64,000 nt of DNA from Sedimentisphaeraceae bacterium JB056 (GTDB lineage Bacteria > Planctomycetota > Phycisphaerae > Sedimentisphaerales > Sedimentisphaeraceae). Of the stretch, positions 10,042 to 19,496 are shown piece after piece. The first letter of the stretch is position 1; each line of letters opens with the position of its first letter. The stretch is from positions 224,001 to 288,000 of the forward strand of contig JBITAJ010000028.1 in assembly GCA_044440125.1 (NCBI GenBank). Reading direction: 5' to 3'. Position numbers and translations under genes: made by a program. A model generated the notes under the pieces. It was not told the origin of the DNA. It saw only the letters and a list, made by a program, of their open reading frames with translations, and ran no database searches.

Positions 10042-10536
10042 ATGGTTAGTATTGAATATCATATCAAAGATAAGGATTTAAGGGACTTCATTCTCCTAAA
10101 CCTTAAACCTCGCCCTTTCTATGCTGTTGCCGGTTCAATAATCTACCTGACTGCTGCGATTGTACTGCTAAACCAACTAATATCTTCGGGATTCAAAGAA
10201 GTTGAAGAACCTGTTTTATTATTCTTCATAATAGCTCTGCCTGCATATCTTTTAATTATTGCACCCTACTTAGCTATCCGAAACTACAGAAAAAGCATCT
10301 TTAGTCATTCTAAATCCACCGTGACTTTTGACGAAAACGGCTTTCATGAAACTTCTGATTTATCTGACACAAAATTGCCGTGGGAAACATTTGATTATTA
10401 CAAAACAAACGGCAAAACAATGATTCTCCACATGCGAGGCTCAACAAGCATATTCTTCCCAAAACACCTTTTCACGGAAGAACAGTGGCAAACATTCAAC
10501 ACTCTCTGCAAAGATAAAATCAAAAAGAAGGCTTAG
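10042..10536 (+). CDS. YcxB family membrane protein
   Basis: two TM helices followed by a FDENGF...LPWE...FFPK.F PH-like domain; ATG preceded by caggag. Confidence 0.75.
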   Translation: MVSIEYHIKDKDLRDFILLNLKPRPFYAVAGSIIYLTAAIVLLNQLISSGFKEVEEPVLLFFIIALPAYLLIIAPYLAIRNYRKSIFSHSKSTVTFDENGFHETSDLSDTKLPWETFDYYKTNGKTMILHMRGSTSIFFPKHLFTEEQWQTFNTLCKDKIKKKA

Positions 10537-10621
10537 AAAAATATCATTGCACAGATAAATAAAATTCCTCCTGTAAGATAATAACACTTAAACTTTTGCG
10601 TCTTTGCGTTAAAAATATACA

Positions 10622-10670
10622 AAAAAACCGCGGCAGATATTTAAAAATCGTTGCCGCGGTTTTATTTTTT
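10622..10670. terminator. bidirectional intrinsic terminator
   Basis: aaaaccgcggca...tgccgcggtttt with flanking A/T tracts between convergent genes. Confidence 0.8.
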
Positions 10671-10698
10671 GTTTGTCTTTGTATTATACCCCAAAGGG

Positions 10699-10884
10699 TC
10701 AGTTAGAGTAATTGTGTTTCAGCACGATATCAATCTCATGGTCATGACACAGGTGAAATAAATTACCATAGAACATTTTCTTCGTTCGCGGTTTGTAACC
10801 CACCATATCAACGCCGTCTCTGATTTCTGTGCTCCAGCCTGATTTTTCCAGTGTTCTTGTTACTTTCTGCTCTAATGCGTCCAT
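10699..10884 (-). CDS. small hypothetical protein (61 aa)
   Basis: strong RBS gaggtg 4 nt before the ATG, terminator directly downstream. Confidence 0.6.
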   Translation of the reverse strand: MDALEQKVTRTLEKSGWSTEIRDGVDMVGYKPRTKKMFYGNLFHLCHDHEIDIVLKHNYSN

Positions 10885-11038
10885 AATTCACCTCACTTTG
10901 GTAAAAAGTTATAAAATATGTATAAAACGTCATAAGGCTCGTTTAAATATACCACGAAATCTTATTTTTGTTCGGGGTACACCAAAACCTGCCCATTAAA
11001 TTCATTCAATTCCTCATCACCCGAAAATGCAAAGAAAA

Positions 11039-11182
11039 AAGCCGTCTCACAGATACGTCAATCTGTGGCAGACGGCTTTTGGTATTTCTTAAATTGTTGA
11101 TTTCTTTTTTCATTGTACTTGGGCAAAAGAAAAACCCGACGGAGCAGAAAGAGGTATTATCTTTCTGCCTCATCGGGTTTTT
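11039..11182 (-). other. two tandem terminator-like hairpins in a long leader
   Basis: aagccgtctcacagat..atctgtggcagacggctt (11039-11080) and aaaaacccgacggagcagaaaga..tctttctgcctcatcgggttttt (11130-11182), both followed by U tracts on the minus strand. Confidence 0.6.
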
Positions 11183-11446
11183 TCATTGGTTTTTTGATCT
11201 TATTTTTCAAGTCGCTAATTCCTATATACGGATTTAATCGATACAAATGGATTTTAGCAAAAAACTGATTGCCGTCAAGTTAAAAAACTAAAAAATTTAA
11301 CCATCGAAACAATCGCTACAGCAAACCGAACACAAACGATCACAATTTAGTCTAAACAGATTATTAAATCTGATTTTCAGCTTTAAAACGATTTAATCAT
11401 TTATATAGTCGAATATACATTATTTTGCAACCCATTTTATGACTCC

Positions 11447-12040
11447 TTAAGTACTGCATCCTAAGTCTATTATATCTGATAATATGGATAAAACACACTC
11501 ACATTGCGTTTTAACAATATTATAGAGATTATGTTCTTCAAGACCTCCCGTTCTATCTTCACGACAGTCAGTACCTAATATAGTTAAATTCCATTTTGAA
11601 TAATACAAACTTGAACGACAAATACCATAGCATTTCTTCCCATTACCCCTGTCGGTAGGATGCCCCGTTACGTCATTACGAATTTTACGAATTTCATCCA
11701 TTTTTTTCTTAATTTCTTCGTCATCCCCATCTGTTAACTCCATTTCTTTTCTAAGAGTTCTCATTGCGTCTTGCTGAATAAATAACATCTGGAAAAGACC
11801 ATGTACGCATAAATATTTAATTCCAATATCTAATTTTACCCAATCAAGATTGGCATAATCACTAATAGCCACATTAGCATCATCAATTTGATCTAAACAA
11901 GAATGGGGAATTTGAAACCTACGAGAAGAATAATCATAATTATCAACTAACTCTCGCATTTTCTTTCTTTTCTCACATATCGCGTGAGTAATTTCAAGTA
12001 TATCATTTTCTTGACACTTATCCATTTGCATTTTCTCCAA
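11447..12040 (-). CDS. hypothetical protein with HEPN-like R-X5-H motif
   Basis: AT-rich 197-aa mostly helical ORF containing IRKIRNDVTGHP; true start may be ATG 12031 or 12025. Confidence 0.6.
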   Translation of the reverse strand: MEKMQMDKCQENDILEITHAICEKRKKMRELVDNYDYSSRRFQIPHSCLDQIDDANVAISDYANLDWVKLDIGIKYLCVHGLFQMLFIQQDAMRTLRKEMELTDGDDEEIKKKMDEIRKIRNDVTGHPTDRGNGKKCYGICRSSLYYSKWNLTILGTDCREDRTGGLEEHNLYNIVKTQCECVLSILSDIIDLGCST

Positions 12041-12176
12041 ATTAAACCAATAATTAAAATCCAGAAGTCCTCTTTTAACAAAACAGATATCAAAAATACC
12101 AGTTCATTGATTTGTAATCAATGAAAAATAATAATTTTATTGCCAATTTTCAAAAAGAACAAAGCGAAAACAACGA

Positions 12177-13142
12177 TCATTTCCGAGCTACCGCAACCGC
12201 CCTTACAGGCGCAGGATGCCCTTCAACTGTAAGATTTCCATCGGCCGAATCAAGAAAATCACCAAGCGATTCAAAAGTCATCCAGTCGGTTTTCCGTTGT
12301 TCCTCAAGTGTAGTCTTGCTCACATCAACAACTCGCGGCTGCCTGAACCCCGCATCAATAAGCCACCTCTCAAGCATTTTTACGCTCGGCAACTGCCACA
12401 CATTTCTCATTTTGGCATACCTGCCCTGCGGCATAAAAACCTCAATTCCCTCTTGTTCTACAATCAGAGTTTCAAGTACAAGCTCGCCGCCGTCTGCGAT
12501 AAATCCGCCAAGCTCCCGAATATGCTCCACAGGGTCACGCCGATGATAAAGCACGCCCATAGAAAAAACCGTATCAAAACAGCCGCAGCCGGCATGCAAC
12601 GCCTCTACACCAAGCGGCAGCACCGACACATTATCGAGCATCAAATATTTATTCAAAGCCTGAAACTGCATTACGTAAAGCAAAAACGGATCAATACCCA
12701 CAACAACATCCGCCCCGCAACCGGCACTTCGCAAACAATGATACCCATTGCCGCAACCTACATCAAGTACGCGTCTGCCCTCAAGCGGCGAAATAGACCC
12801 CACAAGCCTGTCCCATTTTATATCGCTCCGCCATTCAGTATCAATATGTATACCGAAAACATCAAACGGCCCCTTTCGCCACGGATGATAAACCCGCAGA
12901 AGCTCCTCTAACAGTCGCTTATCAGCCTGCGAACAGTCGTCGGCACCGCCAATTCTCACCTGCGATGAATTCAAATCAATAGAAGAAGGCTTTATCTCAG
13001 GAAGCCGATCCAAAACACTCTGCCACTGCTGAAAATGTCCATGCTGCATCTGCTCAATGGCCTTTGTGGTCTGCGATGCAAGATATTCGCCGCAACTGCC
13101 AAGAGAGCCTGTCATCTTTTCAAAAAAATCACTGTAGTACAT
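12177..13142 (-). CDS. cmoB: tRNA U34 carboxymethyltransferase CmoB
   Basis: PWRKGPF...IDTEWRSDIKW, VLDVGCGNGYH, FDTVFSMGVLYHRRDP, RYAKMRNVW, EEQRKTDWM. Confidence 0.95.
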   Translation of the reverse strand: MYYSDFFEKMTGSLGSCGEYLASQTTKAIEQMQHGHFQQWQSVLDRLPEIKPSSIDLNSSQVRIGGADDCSQADKRLLEELLRVYHPWRKGPFDVFGIHIDTEWRSDIKWDRLVGSISPLEGRRVLDVGCGNGYHCLRSAGCGADVVVGIDPFLLYVMQFQALNKYLMLDNVSVLPLGVEALHAGCGCFDTVFSMGVLYHRRDPVEHIRELGGFIADGGELVLETLIVEQEGIEVFMPQGRYAKMRNVWQLPSVKMLERWLIDAGFRQPRVVDVSKTTLEEQRKTDWMTFESLGDFLDSADGNLTVEGHPAPVRAVAVARK

Positions 13143-13875
13143 CTTTGCCCTTGAAAGCCGCTAATGACATAAAATTGAAACACTGGAACCAAAGCGTAAT
13201 ATTTTCAAAACCGCACATCTCAAGCCGCTCACGATGCTTATTCAGTGTATCGGGAATAAGCACATTTTCTATGGATTTGCGTTTCTGGCTTATCTCAGTA
13301 GCACTGTAACCGTTAAGACGTTTGAAATTATGATGCATATCTATCTGAAACTTCTGCTCAGCCTCATCATTGAAAGCAATCTTCTCTGAAAGCAGCAGAC
13401 ACCCGCCGGGAAGCATACCGTCAAATATCTTTTGTATCATCGCATCACGAGCTGTCGGAGGCAGAAACTGCAGTGTATAGTTTAATACAACAAGCGAGGC
13501 CCTCTCTATCTCTATATCCTGAATATCGCCAAGAGTAACCTCAACGGGTACATCCCGCAAATCCTGAGCTACAATCTCCTTGCACCTCTCTATCATAGCC
13601 GGCGAATTATCAACCGCAACAATCTTGCAATCAGGCTTGGTCATACCCTTCCGCATAGCAAGTGTACTGGTCCCAAGCGAGCATCCCAGATCATAGCAAT
13701 TACTGCCTGCCTGAGCATACTGCTCGGCGAAAACCATAGTCATGGCGATAGCCGCCCCATAACCGGGCACAGAACGCCTTATCATATCATCAAAAACGGC
13801 AACAACCTTCTCATCAAAGACAAAGCTCGCCACACGTTCCTGATACAGCGAATATATATTATCTACCTTATTCAT
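13129..13875 (-). CDS. cmoA: carboxy-S-adenosyl-L-methionine synthase CmoA
   Basis: FVFDEKVVAVFDDMIRRSVPGY, YDLGCSLG, NYTLQFL, FKRLNGYSATEISQKR, WFQCFNF; overlaps the cmoB start. Confidence 0.95.
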   Translation of the reverse strand: MNKVDNIYSLYQERVASFVFDEKVVAVFDDMIRRSVPGYGAAIAMTMVFAEQYAQAGSNCYDLGCSLGTSTLAMRKGMTKPDCKIVAVDNSPAMIERCKEIVAQDLRDVPVEVTLGDIQDIEIERASLVVLNYTLQFLPPTARDAMIQKIFDGMLPGGCLLLSEKIAFNDEAEQKFQIDMHHNFKRLNGYSATEISQKRKSIENVLIPDTLNKHRERLEMCGFENITLWFQCFNFMSLAAFKGKDVLQ

Positions 13876-14067
13876 GAAATCCCTTAACATCATTAAAGTC
13901 TAATAAACGGTAATTCTATCATATTTAAAGCAACAGTCAAAAGAAGAAGGATATAAAGTATTAAAGGTGTGAAAAGTAAGAAGCACGCAAACGTATGTTT
14001 AAATACCTAAAATCAAACTTAGAGCAAAAAAGAAAGCTTTAGTGAGCATTCACAAAGTTGCTGTTTT

Positions 14068-14243
14068 ATGCCTCGAAGAGGCTGCATAATATAGCCGGGG
14101 GCATCGCCCCTGGATAATGGACAAATCGAGAAACTCCCCCTCCCTCCTGTTTTCAGCCCAAGGCTGAAAACAGGAGGGAGGGTATGCGCTGCCATTTATT
14201 CCCACGGCGTTGCCGCGGGCTATGATTTTAAGCCCTTCGGGCA
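14068..14243. repeat. multi-hairpin non-autonomous palindromic element (REP/BIME- or MITE-like)
   Basis: central perfect 21-bp stem (14138-14158/14162-14182) flanked by mutually inverted GC hairpins agccggggcatcgcccctgg and cccacggcgttgccgcgggct, with outer gcctcgaagaggc / gcccttcgggc hairpins. Confidence 0.65.
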
Positions 14244-14558
14244 ATTAATACATGAAAACGTAATTTTTTTAACTCACCGTGAATGGTTACAAGTTTCACG
14301 AAATTTTAACGCAAAGACGCTATTTTGTTATTTTAATATGATATGATGGTAAGTCAGCTTTGTCTCAAATGTCTTATTTGTCCTATTAAACTTCAATTAT
14401 CAGAGATTATTATAGCATAAGGCGTTAATCTGACTGTCATTTTGTCATATCGGCAGGGTTTATTATGGTTACTACTCCAAGAATTCGAGCAGAAGCACAA
14501 TCTTAAAACCAGTAAACACAAACCTTTACCGCTAACAACCCTTCCTGCCAAGTTTAAT

Positions 14559-14574
14559 TGGCACGCAAATTGCT
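14559..14574 (+). promoter_or_regulatory. sigma-54 (RpoN) -24/-12 promoter of groES-groEL
   Basis: TGGCACG-CAAA-TTGCT, exact GG-N10-GC consensus, 67 nt before groES. Confidence 0.85.
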
Positions 14575-14641
14575 TATTAGGCATGTATCGTAAAAAAATA
14601 ATAGTGTTATTAATATGTAAGTATAAAAACAGGAGTATAAA

Positions 14642-14932
14642 ATGAAACTTAAGCCATTGGCAGACAAAGTGTTGCTTAAAAGAGTAGAGGCTTCTTCAGT
14701 AACAGCAGGCGGAATCGTCCTTCCAGACTCAGCTAAGGAGCGTTCTTCAAGAGGTGAAGTTATCAACGTTGGTCCAGGCAAGCTCAAAGACGACGGCACA
14801 AGAAGTGAAATGAACGTCAAAAAAGGCGACATCGTCCTTTTTGAGAGCTATGCACCAAGAGAAGTCAAGCTTGATGGCGAAGAATACATCATCGTTGATG
14901 AATCAAGCATCATTGCCGTAATCGAAAAATAA
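14642..14932 (+). CDS. groES: co-chaperonin GroES
   Basis: MKLKPLADKV, mobile loop TAGGIVLPDSAKE, VGPGK, VKKGD. Confidence 0.97.
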   Translation: MKLKPLADKVLLKRVEASSVTAGGIVLPDSAKERSSRGEVINVGPGKLKDDGTRSEMNVKKGDIVLFESYAPREVKLDGEEYIIVDESSIIAVIEK

Positions 14933-14990
14933 GCAATCAGCTATAAGCTGTTAGCTACTGATTACTGACGGCTGATTACTGATTACTAAA
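14933..14990. repeat. degenerate heptamer tandem repeats between groES and groEL
   Basis: gcaatca-gctataa-gctgtta then tactgat-tactgac-ggctgat-tactgat-tactaaa. Confidence 0.65.
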
Positions 14991-15011
14991 ATATATTAGG
15001 AGTAATAGAAA

Positions 15012-16634
15012 ATGGCAGCAAAAAAAATTGCTTTTGAAAATGAAGCACGTACGGCTATTTTAGCCGGCGTCAAGAAACTCGCATCAGCGGTCAAGATCAC
15101 TCTCGGCCCATGTGGAAGAAACGTAATACTTGAAAAATCATTCGGTTCACCAACCGTAACCAAGGACGGCGTATCTGTGGCAAAAGAAATCGAGCTGGAA
15201 GACAGCTACGAGAACATGGGTGCCCAGATGGTCAAGGAAGTTGCTTCAAAGACAAGTAACGTAGCCGGTGACGGTACTACAACAGCTACTATAATGGCTG
15301 AAGCGATCTTCTCAGAAGGTCTCAAAAACATCACCGCCGGTGCTAACGCTATGAGCGTTAAACGCGGCATCGACAAGGCTGTGGAAGCAGTTGTAGCAAA
15401 GCTCGCTGAAATGAGCACACCGGTTGATTCAAGCAAGCAAATTGAGCAGGTTGCAAAATGTTCTGCAAACCACGATCTTGAAATCGGCAAGACAATGGCA
15501 GCCGCTATGGATAAGGTTGGTAAAGACGGCGTTATCACTGTTGAAGAAGGCCAGTCACTCGAAACAACTGTTGACCTCGTAGAAGGTATGCAGTTCGACA
15601 AGGGTTACCTTAGCCCGCACTTCATCAACAACACAGAGAACATGACTGTCTCTTTCGACAAGCCTTATATCCTCATACACGAAAAGAAAATCAGCAGCGT
15701 TAAGAGCCTTGTACCTATTCTTGAGAAGGTAGCAAAGCAGGGAAGCCCGCTTCTGATTATCGCAGAAGACGTTGAAGGCGAAGCACTCACTACTCTCGTA
15801 GTTAACAAGCTCCGCGGCACACTCAACATCGCAGCCGTAAAAGCTCCTGGATTCGGTGATCGTCGTAAAGCAATGCTTGGCGATATCGCTACTCTTACAG
15901 GCGGTCAGGCTATCATGGAAGACCTCGGCATTCAGCTTGAGAATCTCGAACTGCCTCAGCTTGGACGTGCAAAACGCGTTACCATCGATAAAGACAACAC
16001 AACCATCGTTGAAGGCGCCGGAAGCAGCGACGACATCATGGCACGTATCAACCAGATCAAGGCTGAATACAACGCTTCAACAAGTGACTATGACAAAGAG
16101 AAACTTCAGGAACGTCTGGCTAAGCTCGCCGGCGGTGTAGCACAGGTTAATGTTGGTGCTGCTACTGAGGCGGAAGTGAAAGAGAAGAAGGCGCGTGTTG
16201 AAGATGCCCTTCACGCTTGTCGTGCTGCAGTAGAGGAAGGAATCCTTCCTGGTGGCGGCGTATCATGTCTGCGTGCGATTCAGGTAATCGATGGCCTCAA
16301 GCTCAAGGGCGACGAAGCTGTTGGTGCTGATATTGTCAAGAGAGCGGTATTTGCTCCTATCAAGCAGATTGCTGCAAACGCAGGTCTTGACGGCTCTATC
16401 ATCGCTCAGAAGGTTATTGAGAGCAGCGACGCTAACTACGGTTTCAACGCACTCACAAAAGAGTATGGCGACATGATCAAGATGGGTATCATCGTACCTA
16501 CAAAGGTTGAAAGAAGCGCACTTCAGAATGCTGCTTCTATCGCTTCACTGCTTCTTACAACAGACGCGGTTGTCAGCGAGATACCTGAGAAGAAACCAGC
16601 TATGCCGGCAATGCCTGGCGGCGGAATGATGTAA
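15012..16634 (+). CDS. groEL: chaperonin GroEL (copy 1)
   Basis: [43 protein letters not shown]; tail [10 protein letters not shown]. Confidence 0.98.
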   Translation: MAAKKIAFENEARTAILAGVKKLASAVKITLGPCGRNVILEKSFGSPTVTKDGVSVAKEIELEDSYENMGAQMVKEVASKTSNVAGDGTTTATIMAEAIFSEGLKNITAGANAMSVKRGIDKAVEAVVAKLAEMSTPVDSSKQIEQVAKCSANHDLEIGKTMAAAMDKVGKDGVITVEEGQSLETTVDLVEGMQFDKGYLSPHFINNTENMTVSFDKPYILIHEKKISSVKSLVPILEKVAKQGSPLLIIAEDVEGEALTTLVVNKLRGTLNIAAVKAPGFGDRRKAMLGDIATLTGGQAIMEDLGIQLENLELPQLGRAKRVTIDKDNTTIVEGAGSSDDIMARINQIKAEYNASTSDYDKEKLQERLAKLAGGVAQVNVGAATEAEVKEKKARVEDALHACRAAVEEGILPGGGVSCLRAIQVIDGLKLKGDEAVGADIVKRAVFAPIKQIAANAGLDGSIIAQKVIESSDANYGFNALTKEYGDMIKMGIIVPTKVERSALQNAASIASLLLTTDAVVSEIPEKKPAMPAMPGGGMM

Positions 16635-16655
16635 TATCATAACCGGTAAAAAATC

Positions 16656-16692
16656 AAAGGCGACGTATCAATATTGACACGTCGCCTTTTTT
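16656..16692. terminator. intrinsic terminator after groEL
   Basis: aaaggcgacgt..acgtcgcctttttt. Confidence 0.85.
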
Positions 16693-16734
16693 ATTGTCCC
16701 GTATAGTAACACAAAACCTATAAAATTATAAATC

Positions 16735-17907
16735 CTACATAATCGCCGCTATCAAACCGTCAACCTTCGTCTTCATATTCCTAATCCTCTCCTCAGTTAC
16801 AGGTACATCAGGATAAAGCCTCTTAAGATTTAGAAGATAATCAGCATTCTTGCTTAAAACCCTGAGACTCTTAAGCATATCCCTTCTGTAAAGCCTCTTG
16901 CGAGCTGATCTTGATTCGATTTCAACAATCTCCTTATTGATTTTTGCCTCTATCTTCTTGAACTTATTCACAACTTTTTCAAGTTCTTCCCTCGCTTGAT
17001 CAATAAGAACAGGCTCAAATATCTCAGGAGATAACGATGTTATTTCAGCAACGACATAATCTCTCGACTCACATTCTCCATCGCTCATTCCACAGTCAAT
17101 CGCATCTTTGGAAGTAAGCGTAAGAAGTGTACCTTTCGGACAAAACCTCCTCAACACCTCATCACTCTTAAGCTTGAGATTCGATTCTATATAAAGCTTC
17201 TTGCCGTTTCTTCTTATTTCCAGTATCTCGATATCTCTTTCAGCCATCGCCTTTGCCAGGCAGCTTGGCCGCCCTGATTGCTCGGCAACACTCGCCATAT
17301 AATTACGCCAGGCAGAACCGAATTTCTCGCCAACTTCCTCACCGAAAGCCTTCTTCATATCAGTAACACCCTCTTCGGATGTAAGTATCGCAGTAGCGGC
17401 CCCTATACAGCAGCCAGGAGCCATGTATATATCATTACACGCCATGGAAATAACCGAACCGGCTGAATAAGCTCCACCGTTTTCACCGCCGCATATGTAA
17501 GCAATGGTTTTACAGTTACTGGTCTTTATCAATGCCGCACACATCTTCTTGCAAAGATCCACACGTCCTCCGGGAGTATCTATCTCGATAAGTATAGCAA
17601 GCGGTCCTTTATTGGATTCTTCGATGAGTGATTTTTCGAAGGCATTGGTTTCAATTTCATACTCAATCGCCTTATCAACCTTGAGAACCGAAATCGATTC
17701 CTTACGCCCTTTCTCATTACGTTCTATATGATAATCAGCAAGATTGGCCTCAAATTTACCCTTCTGTTCACTTACAATACAAGTGCCATGACCTTCCGTC
17801 GCCTGAGTAACAAACCCAGTATAAACATCCCCTGTTTTCTTATTTGTTATAGTATCCGCATAAGTAAAGCAAGCAAACAAAATAACAACAAGCACCATAT
17901 TTTTCAT
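16735..17907 (-). CDS. secreted ClpP/crotonase-fold (NfeD N-terminal-like) serine protease domain protein
   Basis: signal peptide, IEIDTPGG, AYSAGSVISMAC, MAPGCCIGAA, LLTLTSKDA; C-terminal coiled/helical region in place of the NfeD membrane domain. Confidence 0.7.
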   Translation of the reverse strand: MKNMVLVVILFACFTYADTITNKKTGDVYTGFVTQATEGHGTCIVSEQKGKFEANLADYHIERNEKGRKESISVLKVDKAIEYEIETNAFEKSLIEESNKGPLAILIEIDTPGGRVDLCKKMCAALIKTSNCKTIAYICGGENGGAYSAGSVISMACNDIYMAPGCCIGAATAILTSEEGVTDMKKAFGEEVGEKFGSAWRNYMASVAEQSGRPSCLAKAMAERDIEILEIRRNGKKLYIESNLKLKSDEVLRRFCPKGTLLTLTSKDAIDCGMSDGECESRDYVVAEITSLSPEIFEPVLIDQAREELEKVVNKFKKIEAKINKEIVEIESRSARKRLYRRDMLKSLRVLSKNADYLLNLKRLYPDVPVTEERIRNMKTKVDGLIAAIM

Positions 17908-18078
17908 ATCATTCCTCTTTCCTGCCGATCGGACAACATACTCTAATACCCAAACATTATATGTCCTGCATTTTACTTTGTAAACAATAAAAACACATGA
18001 TATTAAATTTAAGCTTATAACTCACAAAGGAAAGCGAAATACCCAAACGTTGATGCCGGCAGCCAAAAGCTGCAAACC

Positions 18079-18969
18079 TTAAGTTGTCTGGAATTGTTTT
18101 CTGTATTTGCCGGGAGCAGTACCGGCTATCTTTTTGAAAAGTCTTGAAAAATAGAAAACATCACTGAAACCAAGCTCAGCGGATATCTGATCGAGAGTTT
18201 TATGACTGCTCAAAAGTTCAATCTGAGCTTTTTCAATCTTTCGATTGTTTATATATCTTATCGGCGTAACGCCCATGAGCTTTGTAAAAAGAGCAGAAAA
18301 GTAAACGGGATTCAGATCGACTATTTCCGCAAGTTCTTCAAGCTTGAGTGGCTGATTTATATTTTCATGTATATACTCAATCACGCAATGCAGCCTGCTT
18401 ATGCCGTTCGCTGAATCCTCTACCTCAGGCTCCTGATCAGACTCTATAAATGCGGCAAGAAGCAGCCGCATCATCGCATTGATCTCTATAAGATCGGCAG
18501 CACTTTTACTGCGGTTCATATTCCGGCAACGATCTATTATCGAACGATATATGGGTTTGTTCGCATCGCGTTCAAGAAGTTCAAGTCCCGGATTCAAGAC
18601 AAGCAATCGGCGGAATATCACATCAGGATCAACATGAAATTTACTGGCACTGATCTTATACTGACACCTTACAAAATTAAAAAGACCAAGTCCATTCTCA
18701 AACATCGCATTGAAGTGTATATAGTAATGCACAAAATATTCAGGACAGTAAAGATCAACAGTCGTAAACTCAGGAATCAGATAGAGCATACCTGGTTGAA
18801 GAACATAACGTTGGTTGTGATGCGTAGCATAGCCTCTGCCTTCAAGAATATAATACAATCGTGAATAAGGACTATTGACTTTGGTATGTTGCCACTCCGA
18901 ACCTACTCTGTATTTTTCTATATTCAGAACATCAATTTTTAACTTGTCGAAATTATTCTTCAGCATCAA
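18079..18969 (-). CDS. AraC family transcriptional regulator
   Basis: N-terminal cupin and C-terminal double HTH (LEELAE...YFSALF...LGFSDVFYFSRLFKK..G..PGKYR). Confidence 0.93.
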   Translation of the reverse strand: MMLKNNFDKLKIDVLNIEKYRVGSEWQHTKVNSPYSRLYYILEGRGYATHHNQRYVLQPGMLYLIPEFTTVDLYCPEYFVHYYIHFNAMFENGLGLFNFVRCQYKISASKFHVDPDVIFRRLLVLNPGLELLERDANKPIYRSIIDRCRNMNRSKSAADLIEINAMMRLLLAAFIESDQEPEVEDSANGISRLHCVIEYIHENINQPLKLEELAEIVDLNPVYFSALFTKLMGVTPIRYINNRKIEKAQIELLSSHKTLDQISAELGFSDVFYFSRLFKKIAGTAPGKYRKQFQTT

Positions 18970-19496
18970 CGATTCACTCTTGAACTGTATTCAAAATCCA
19001 ATTATTCGAAACATCTTTTAATATTAAAACAAGCAGCAACACAAAAAAATTATAACACAATAAAGATATAATCAAACACCTATTTACTCTAAAAAAACAA
19101 TTTTGACTTCTTGAGAAATCACGACAATTATTTCCTTCAACAAAGACAAAAAGCTTTAAAGTGGTAAAAAAAATTAAAAAACTTCTTTTTTTTGCATTTT
19201 ATCCCCTTCTTTTAATCATTATCGAAAAGTTATTGTTGAAAATTATCTAAAAAAAAATTAAGATGGGGTTATTAATGTTAAGTTTTATTTTTTGATATTA
19301 ATTGTTTTTGGTTCTATAACGATTTGATTCTTGAGGTTTTAGAATCTCATCAGATGTTTTGAATCGGTTTGTTGTTGCGTTTGACCTACCCCTTCGATAA
19401 ACAGAACATAAACGTAAAAGCCGTTTCCGGTTTTAGGATTAATGCGCAGATACGGTATGTCTGCCATACAATAACCCAAGTTAATGGAGAATTGAA

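Noticed and set aside
10968..11237. 89-aa plus-strand ORF
   Set aside because: No RBS; it runs through two hairpins and A/T tracts; composition is not protein-like
14273..14290. ctcaccgtgaatggttac as a possible IS terminal repeat
   Set aside because: No matching second end or transposase found in the window
14400..14641. CIRCE element upstream of groES (also sought at 45730-46036)
   Set aside because: The ttggcac half resembles CIRCE but the GAGTGCTAA arm is missing; it fits a sigma-54 promoter instead
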